Shown one piece after another: positions 57,841 through 64,000 of a DNA stretch of 64,000 bases. Each line of letters opens with the position of its first letter. Positions within the stretch are counted from its first letter, which is position 1. Both the position numbers and the translations under genes were made by a program. The DNA is from Candidatus Latescibacterota bacterium (lineage in GTDB: Bacteria; Latescibacterota; UBA2968; GCA-2709665), in assembly GCA_965219995.1 (NCBI GenBank), contig CBDCOX010000002.1:1792001-1856000 (forward strand), read 5' to 3'. A model generated the notes under the pieces. That model saw only the letters and a list, made by a program, of their open reading frames with translations. It did no database searches and was not told the origin of the DNA.

Positions 57841-60318
57841 CTACTTGATCAGCACGAAGCTGCCTCGTCGGGTCTCTCCGCCGGATACGACAACGAAATA
57901 ATACAGACCGGTCTGCACCTCGCCGGCGATATTGAACGAGATCTGACGAAACTCGGTCTCACCCTTGGAGAGCGGAGTCCGGTCCGTTGTTTCCACGCGG
58001 TCGCCGGAGGCCGAGTAAATGTGAATGATGGCGTCGGAAGTCAGGCCCACGACGCGAAGGTTGCGGGAGTTGGGATACTGGTGAACGCCGTCCACGTAAT
58101 ATGGATTCGGTACGATGAGCACCTCTTCCGGGAGGCTGGACAACAGGGCCTGGAAGGGTTTGCGGTTGTCGCCGTCGTACGTCCTTGCCGTCGACGGCCC
58201 CCAGCCGCTTTCATACCCCCTCCGGATATTGGCCTGCACGCGGTCGCTGGGGATATCGTCGATGGTCATCCCGCTGTTCCACGTGTAGGACTCCACGCCG
58301 CTCGCGTACGGTCGTGCGGAATAGAAGTAGGAAAAGCCGGCGGTGGTCTCAAGGTCTTCGTATTCATACACGCCGTCGGCATTGATGCCCCATTCACCGC
58401 GGGGCAGACCCGCCGGACTGACCGAAGACCCGCTGGACCCGTTCTCGATGATTCCATACAGCTCCCAGGGTCCCCAGGAGAACCACTCCGACTTGTACAG
58501 GCGGACGCCCAATATATCCTGTTCACCTGTATACGGATTGACGGCGGACTCGGACTCCCTGCCCCACCGGATCAACTGCTTGGCCTTGGTGGAAGAGGTG
58601 AGATTGTCAGCCGAAATATACGCTTCCGTGGGCGAGACCGGCACCTGGTAGTTGTTGTCGTAGACCCAGTGGGCCAGCTTCAGATTCTCCAGGGCTGCCT
58701 CTTCACCCTTCGTCTTTATCTTCGCAATCTTGTTCTCCGGGGTGTCACTCGACCGGTCCCACTTGATCAGCCCGATGTCCTGCTCGTTGGCGGGAATCGG
58801 TTCCAGCAGCGACGGGTGACCTGCGCCCCAGGAAAACACGAGCTTGACCGATTCGCCCGCGCCCACGTTGTACGGTCCGTAAACCGTCATGTCGTGGAAT
58901 ACCTTGCGCGTGGAAATGTCGCCCTCGTCCGGATTGGCCTGGTAACCGCCGGTCGTTATGACGCTGGCGAGTTGCGCGGCGCTGTGCGTGGTGTACGTGG
59001 GGTCGTCGAAATCACCCGTGGAACGGGCCAGCCACCACTGGAACGAACGCGGCTGTTTGTCTTCGCCGGGCTGTACGTATTTGCCCCGGTCCGCCTCGTT
59101 GAAGGAAAACTTCGGGTCGTCCGGGTTGTCCGCATAGGCGATGGGCGCCATGAAATAGGTGCTTGGCGCTCTCGGCTGGCCTTCGGTCTGCAGGATATTG
59201 TAGTTGGAAGGCACGATCGCCTTGAAGAACGGATCGCCGGTATCGTCGTGCGAGGAAAACGGATTGTCGGAGTCCCTGCGGATGACCGCGCGCATGTCCT
59301 CGCCCGCGAACGCGCCGTTCGCGGAGAAGGCATTCGGATATCCGTCGGCCTCGGTATACCACATCGTGTCGTCCATGCCGCGGGCATTGGAAGCGTAGAA
59401 GTTCCAACCGAACTCCTCGAGAATGCCCATCGCCGTCATCGCGGCCACGTTCTTGAACGCGATGTAGAGGTTGTTGATTGGACCCGGCGCTTCACCGACG
59501 CCGTCACCGTCGAAGTCGCCGGTGTTCGTGAAGGTGAGGTCCACGATGTAGAAGTCATCGAAATCCGGATTGGACCAGCTGTACACGCGCCGCTGGGCAA
59601 GAATCCCGTTCTGCTTGTCGATCCACTGGGCGATGATGGTCTCTTCCGGAATGGTCACGTCGACCAGGTTGTGCGCCCCCAGGTTGAAGTTGGCGATGTG
59701 CGCCGGCGGGGTGGATACCGGGTCCCAGTTAGCGCCGTAGATGCTGCCCGGGTCGTCGGCGGTGACACCCGGCCAGTAATTGGACAGCGAGCCGCCCGCG
59801 CCCTGTTCGCCCGGTGAGATCGCGCTGTTCGGCAACTCGGCCAACTGATTCAATGGATTGGGCTGTCCCCAGTTCTCTTCCGGATTTCCCACCGGATCGT
59901 AGGGGAACGCCTGGTTGTGTTCCACGATCTGCAGGTTTTCGCGGGGACCGGTTACCGTTACGGTACCCTTGTCGGCGTTCAGGATCCAGATGCCTTCGCC
60001 GCCCGATACCTTGTAGTCGTTGTACATCTGGGACTTCTGGTTGGACGTGAACTGCGACAGCACCGCGCCGAACGAACCCGGCCCGTTGCCGTTCCAGGGA
60101 TAGGCGTTGCGCCTGTAGCCGCGCCCCCACTCCTGGTTGCCGCCCATACCCCCGATGTTGTTGTAGCTGTTGGAGATCAACGACCTCAGGTTATACCTGC
60201 TGGATATGTTGTCGGGAGTGGCCTGCGCATCGACCGGGACCGGCTGAAAGACAATCACAGCCAGTGCAAGGCAGCAGACGGCAACCAACCCCTTTGTAAT
60301 GAAATTCAGACGTTTCAT
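57841..60318 (-). CDS. Secreted protein with T9SS type A-like C-terminal sorting domain
   Basis: Signal peptide; C-terminus VLIVPNPY...IHIYSASGDRV...TGLYYFVV...GSFVLIK. Confidence 0.75.
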   Translation of the reverse strand: MKRLNFITKGLVAVCCLALAVIVFQPVPVDAQATPDNISSRYNLRSLISNSYNNIGGMGGNQEWGRGYRRNAYPWNGNGPGSFGAVLSQFTSNQKSQMYNDYKVSGGEGIWILNADKGTVTVTGPRENLQIVEHNQAFPYDPVGNPEENWGQPNPLNQLAELPNSAISPGEQGAGGSLSNYWPGVTADDPGSIYGANWDPVSTPPAHIANFNLGAHNLVDVTIPEETIIAQWIDKQNGILAQRRVYSWSNPDFDDFYIVDLTFTNTGDFDGDGVGEAPGPINNLYIAFKNVAAMTAMGILEEFGWNFYASNARGMDDTMWYTEADGYPNAFSANGAFAGEDMRAVIRRDSDNPFSSHDDTGDPFFKAIVPSNYNILQTEGQPRAPSTYFMAPIAYADNPDDPKFSFNEADRGKYVQPGEDKQPRSFQWWLARSTGDFDDPTYTTHSAAQLASVITTGGYQANPDEGDISTRKVFHDMTVYGPYNVGAGESVKLVFSWGAGHPSLLEPIPANEQDIGLIKWDRSSDTPENKIAKIKTKGEEAALENLKLAHWVYDNNYQVPVSPTEAYISADNLTSSTKAKQLIRWGRESESAVNPYTGEQDILGVRLYKSEWFSWGPWELYGIIENGSSGSSVSPAGLPRGEWGINADGVYEYEDLETTAGFSYFYSARPYASGVESYTWNSGMTIDDIPSDRVQANIRRGYESGWGPSTARTYDGDNRKPFQALLSSLPEEVLIVPNPYYVDGVHQYPNSRNLRVVGLTSDAIIHIYSASGDRVETTDRTPLSKGETEFRQISFNIAGEVQTGLYYFVVVSGGETRRGSFVLIK

Positions 60319-60395
60319 ATCCTTCTCCGCCTCCATTCGAAAGCAATTCGGAGCAGGCGCGCCGGCAGCGTTGTCGCTGCCGGCGCACCAATTTC

Positions 60396-63300
60396 TCACC
60401 AGTTAACGCGCAGCCCGAACTGGGCGAGACGCGGCGAATGCGCGTACGAACGATCCCGGCTGTCGCCGTAATTCAGATAGTTCTTGTCGTCCGGCGTCGG
60501 TCCGTCCAGTCCGATATACGACCAGAGGTTCCTGTTGCTCGGGCTGGTGCGGTCCTTCTGGTTGAAAACGTTCCGGACGTCCGCGAACAGCGTGGGCTGA
60601 ACCCGGCCGGTCACATTGAAGGTCTTCTCAATGGCGAGGTCGGTACGCGAATCCAACGCGAGATCGCGATAGTACCGGTTGCCGCCTTCAGGCGGGGCGT
60701 AGTTGAAGATTCCGCCCGTCTGGATCCGGGAGGTGACGTTCAGCCGGAGATTCTTGAGAACGGTGCCGACAAACGAATGGCCGAACTCGAAATCGTCCGG
60801 GAACGACGCCAGGAGCGAGAAACTCCCGAAGTTCCGGCGGTCGCCGCTTTTGGGTCGGAAGAACAGCGTGGTATAGCTGCCCGAGTTGATCTGCACCGAA
60901 CAGTTCGGGCCGCAGTTCCCCAAAGCGGGATTGTCAACCGGCCGGAGGCCGTCCCACACGCCGGTACCCAACTGGCCGCCCTTGGCCCGCGCACCGTTTG
61001 TGAAATTCTGACCCTGCTGCGCGTATTTGACCAGGTCGTCTCCGGTCAGCCGGCGAGGGGCCTCGCTGCCGTCCGGAAGCGCATCCCAGTAAATCCAGAA
61101 ATTGGGAACGGTAATGCCGCGGTCCGTAAACGCGTTGGTTGTGGCCAGGTGCACGACGGTGGCCGAGTCCATGTAGACGTTGCGGATCACATTGCCGAGC
61201 TTGCCCGTGGTGATCTGCGACCACTGGTAGTTGTAGGCAACGTTGAACGAGAAGTTGTGCGAGAAGGACTTGCGGATGGACATCTCGACGCCCCGGGTGT
61301 CGCCGTACGCGCCGTTGTCCAGCGTCCGCGAATAGGGAATCCAGAAGTCCCTGGGGCCGACCCACGTCTCATTCGGATACGACGTGAAATGGTCCACCTC
61401 GCTCTTGTAATACGCGGTTAACGTGGCGGTGTAGTCGCTCACGAAGTTCCAGTCCGCGCCCACCTCGAAGGCCGTGGTTTTGGCCGGTTGCAGCAGGTGC
61501 AGACCGTTCTGTCCGGAGTACGTCGTGCGGAAATTGTTCAACCGCTCGGTTGCGTCGATCCGGCCGTTCTCGTTGACGTCGCGGTCGCCCGCGTCGCCGG
61601 AGGTCCAGTAGTCTTCCCCGAAATAGTACCAGAGGTCCGCCCACTGGAGGAATACGCCCGTGGAGAACCGCATCTGCGACCGCTCCGTGATGGGGTGCGA
61701 GACGCCGATCCGGGGGCTGAACTTCACGTGCCAGGGCGCGTCGGTGACCCACAGGGAGCCTTCCTGATACGCCCAATCGCGCGCACGCGTATAGTAGCGG
61801 AACATGGAACTGCCCCGGTACGCGCCGAAAGTCAGCTGGCGGGAGTTGGGATTGAACGTGTCGAGGCGGATGCCCAGGTTCACGATCATCCCCTGGAACT
61901 CCATTTTGTCCTGAATATAGGCGTTGAGGAAGAAGGGCTTGACTTTCTCGCCAATCTGGCCTTCGTCCATGATCACCCGCAGGTTCCGGGCGGCCGGGGT
62001 CGTATCGTAGCGCAGAATCATGGTGATGGCGCTGGTCTGATACTCGACGCCTGCCTTGACGAAGTTCCCCTTGGTGATCTGCGAGGACAGGTCGACCTTG
62101 GCGCCGATGCGCTGCCGGTCATACTGGCCGTACCGGGCGGCCTGGCGGCCGATGGCGAACCAGCCCGCCTGGTCGCGGAAGATTTCTCCGGTGACCTCAT
62201 GAGTGCCGCTGAGGGTGTCCATCTTTGAGCGGGAATGCGAGACACGCACTTCGTAGAACGTCCTCGGGGACAGCGTGTGCGTGAACACCGCGTACTGCAA
62301 TTCTTCGCTGAGGTCGTGCAGTCCCGCGGCGGACCACTTCTCCGGCAGGAACAGGTTTTGGCCGGAACCGCGCACCATCGCGCCGCCGCCGGAGCCGTGA
62401 CGCCCGCCGAAGAGGTCCGGATTGCCGTTCGAATACCAGTCCCAACCCAGGTACATCCCACCGACTTTCAGCTTGAGATTGGCCGTCGGCTTGATGGTAA
62501 GACTTCCCGATACGTTGATCGCGCCCGGGTCGTCCTGGAAGCTCCCCCGGTCATTATAAAACCCGTGCCGCTCCGCGCGCGGCGAAGAGGCGGCATAATG
62601 GTCTTTCTTGACCGTAGCCACGAACGACGCCCTGTCTCCGATGGGGCCCGACAGGTTGCCCTCGACGCCGAAACCGACCCATTCCGTGTAGTTCGTCCGG
62701 ACGTGGACCAGCTCGCCGGCGATTTCCTCGAAAACCGGGTTGTTGATCTTGCCGGAGAGATCCGGATACTTCTCATTCGCCCAGATGGGATTGTCCCACT
62801 GCACCTTGTCCTGGTGCTGCGGCGAATCGTACACGTTCTCGCCCCAGTGCTTCTTGCCGGCGGGCTCGTAACGGAACTCGCCCCATCCGTTCACCTCGCC
62901 GCCGCCTTCCTTGGTGATGATCTGGACCACGCCGCCCTGGGCATTGCCGTATTCGGCGGGGGTGACGCCCGTGAGCACGGACAGTTCCTGGATGGCGCCG
63001 CGGTTGACGCTGCGATAGCGCCCGCCGCGACCGCGTCCGTCGTTGTGGTTCATCCGCACGCCGTCGACCACGTATGCGACGTCGCTGGCGTACCAGCCGG
63101 CGTCGACGTACGCGCCGCGAATCCGGTTGGACCCGTCAACCGCCACGCCCGGCTGCAACTGCAGCAGTTCGGACGTCCGGCGGGCCGACGCCAGGTTGCG
63201 CTCGGTCTCTTCGAGAGAAACCGTGTACTTGCTGGTGGTCTTGTCCGGCTCGACCAGGGGTCGTCCGGCCGTTACCACCAACTCGCCCAGTTCGAGTGCG

Positions 63301-63629
63301 GTCTCTTTGAGGTTGAAGTTGATGGTCGTGGTGTGGTCGGAACTGACCTCCACGCCCGTCTGGGACACCGTCTCGTACCCGATCAGGGACGCCGAGAGGG
63401 TGTAGACGCCCGGCGAAATATTGATGATGACGTAGTACCCGTCGGCATCGGCCGTGGAACCCAGGTTCAGTTCCTTGATCACGACGTTGGCGCCCGGCAT
63501 GACTTCGCCTGCCTGGTCGCGCACGACGCCGTTGATTTTGCCGGTGACGCCCGCCTGCAGGTCGCCCGTAACGAAGCAAACGGCCGCGACCGCGACTGCG
63601 ACTCCGAAAAACAGAAGCTTACGCTTCAT
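60396..63629 (-). CDS. TonB-dependent receptor with N-terminal carboxypeptidase-regulatory-like domain
   Basis: AGVTGKINGVV, GANV, plug YVVDG..IQELSVLTG..AEYGNAQGGVVQIITKEG, SPRIGVSHPIT, terminal RVNW. Confidence 0.92.
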   Translation of the reverse strand: MKRKLLFFGVAVAVAAVCFVTGDLQAGVTGKINGVVRDQAGEVMPGANVVIKELNLGSTADADGYYVIINISPGVYTLSASLIGYETVSQTGVEVSSDHTTTINFNLKETALELGELVVTAGRPLVEPDKTTSKYTVSLEETERNLASARRTSELLQLQPGVAVDGSNRIRGAYVDAGWYASDVAYVVDGVRMNHNDGRGRGGRYRSVNRGAIQELSVLTGVTPAEYGNAQGGVVQIITKEGGGEVNGWGEFRYEPAGKKHWGENVYDSPQHQDKVQWDNPIWANEKYPDLSGKINNPVFEEIAGELVHVRTNYTEWVGFGVEGNLSGPIGDRASFVATVKKDHYAASSPRAERHGFYNDRGSFQDDPGAINVSGSLTIKPTANLKLKVGGMYLGWDWYSNGNPDLFGGRHGSGGGAMVRGSGQNLFLPEKWSAAGLHDLSEELQYAVFTHTLSPRTFYEVRVSHSRSKMDTLSGTHEVTGEIFRDQAGWFAIGRQAARYGQYDRQRIGAKVDLSSQITKGNFVKAGVEYQTSAITMILRYDTTPAARNLRVIMDEGQIGEKVKPFFLNAYIQDKMEFQGMIVNLGIRLDTFNPNSRQLTFGAYRGSSMFRYYTRARDWAYQEGSLWVTDAPWHVKFSPRIGVSHPITERSQMRFSTGVFLQWADLWYYFGEDYWTSGDAGDRDVNENGRIDATERLNNFRTTYSGQNGLHLLQPAKTTAFEVGADWNFVSDYTATLTAYYKSEVDHFTSYPNETWVGPRDFWIPYSRTLDNGAYGDTRGVEMSIRKSFSHNFSFNVAYNYQWSQITTGKLGNVIRNVYMDSATVVHLATTNAFTDRGITVPNFWIYWDALPDGSEAPRRLTGDDLVKYAQQGQNFTNGARAKGGQLGTGVWDGLRPVDNPALGNCGPNCSVQINSGSYTTLFFRPKSGDRRNFGSFSLLASFPDDFEFGHSFVGTVLKNLRLNVTSRIQTGGIFNYAPPEGGNRYYRDLALDSRTDLAIEKTFNVTGRVQPTLFADVRNVFNQKDRTSPSNRNLWSYIGLDGPTPDDKNYLNYGDSRDRSYAHSPRLAQFGLRVNW

Positions 63630-63672
63630 TGTGAACCCTCCTTCAATGAGTTGTTACCCCGGCTGCGGCGGA

Positions 63673-64000
63673 TTACCGCCAGAAGTAAAACTTCATCTGC
63701 GCGCCGATATCGACCATGTGAATCGGCCGTACTTTCTCCAGACCATAGAAGAGCATATTACGCAGTTCGCCCACCACGAAATTATAGCGGGCGCGCAGGT
63801 CTATGGCCAGGTTCTGGGTGACAAAACCCTCGACGCCCACACCTGCATTGGCGCCAATGGTGTAGCGCTGATCGATCTGGTCTTCCATGACGAAGTCCAG
63901 GTCGATCGGGTCGTTCGTCTGGCGGGAATAAACCAGATTGCTGTTGATCGCGTAATAACGATAGAGGCCGCCGCCGACCAGGATATAATACCGATAATCC
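63673..64000 (-). CDS. Outer membrane beta-barrel protein, 5'-truncated by the window edge
   Basis: Frame open to the window end (DYRYYILVGGGLY...GANAGVGVE...MKFYFWR). Confidence 0.7.
   Translation of the reverse strand, partial: DYRYYILVGGGLYRYYAINSNLVYSRQTNDPIDLDFVMEDQIDQRYTIGANAGVGVEGFVTQNLAIDLRARYNFVVGELRNMLFYGLEKVRPIHMVDIGAQMKFYFWR

Overview
GC-rich bacterial chromosomal segment, densely coding, mostly on the minus strand. A PorV-family gene, a T9SS-like C-terminal sorting domain, GWxTD-type TPR proteins and many sulfatase/PhyH/Gfo-Idh-MocA catabolic genes suggest an FCB-superphylum organism such as Latescibacterota or Gemmatimonadota (inference only). In order, the window holds: a creatininase/MlrC pair; a CBS-korA-korB operon whose beta subunit carries an extra CBS pair; a selA-selB-tRNA-Sec cluster; galU, mazG, purB and arsC; several orphan catabolic operons; and a ~20 kb cell-envelope locus (OM beta-barrels, TonB-dependent receptor, CTD-bearing cargo, PorV, three GT-C-like membrane proteins, GWxTD-TPR protein). 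No CRISPR array, rRNA, integrase or transposase gene was seen. The intergenic DNA holds a dispersed ~160 nt hairpin-forming repeat (3 full copies plus a partial one), a MITE-like element with TGTCCTGTCCC termini, and A-rich 9-10-mer repeats. All family calls come from motif recognition by eye, not database searches. Start codons were adjusted using RBS and protein context.
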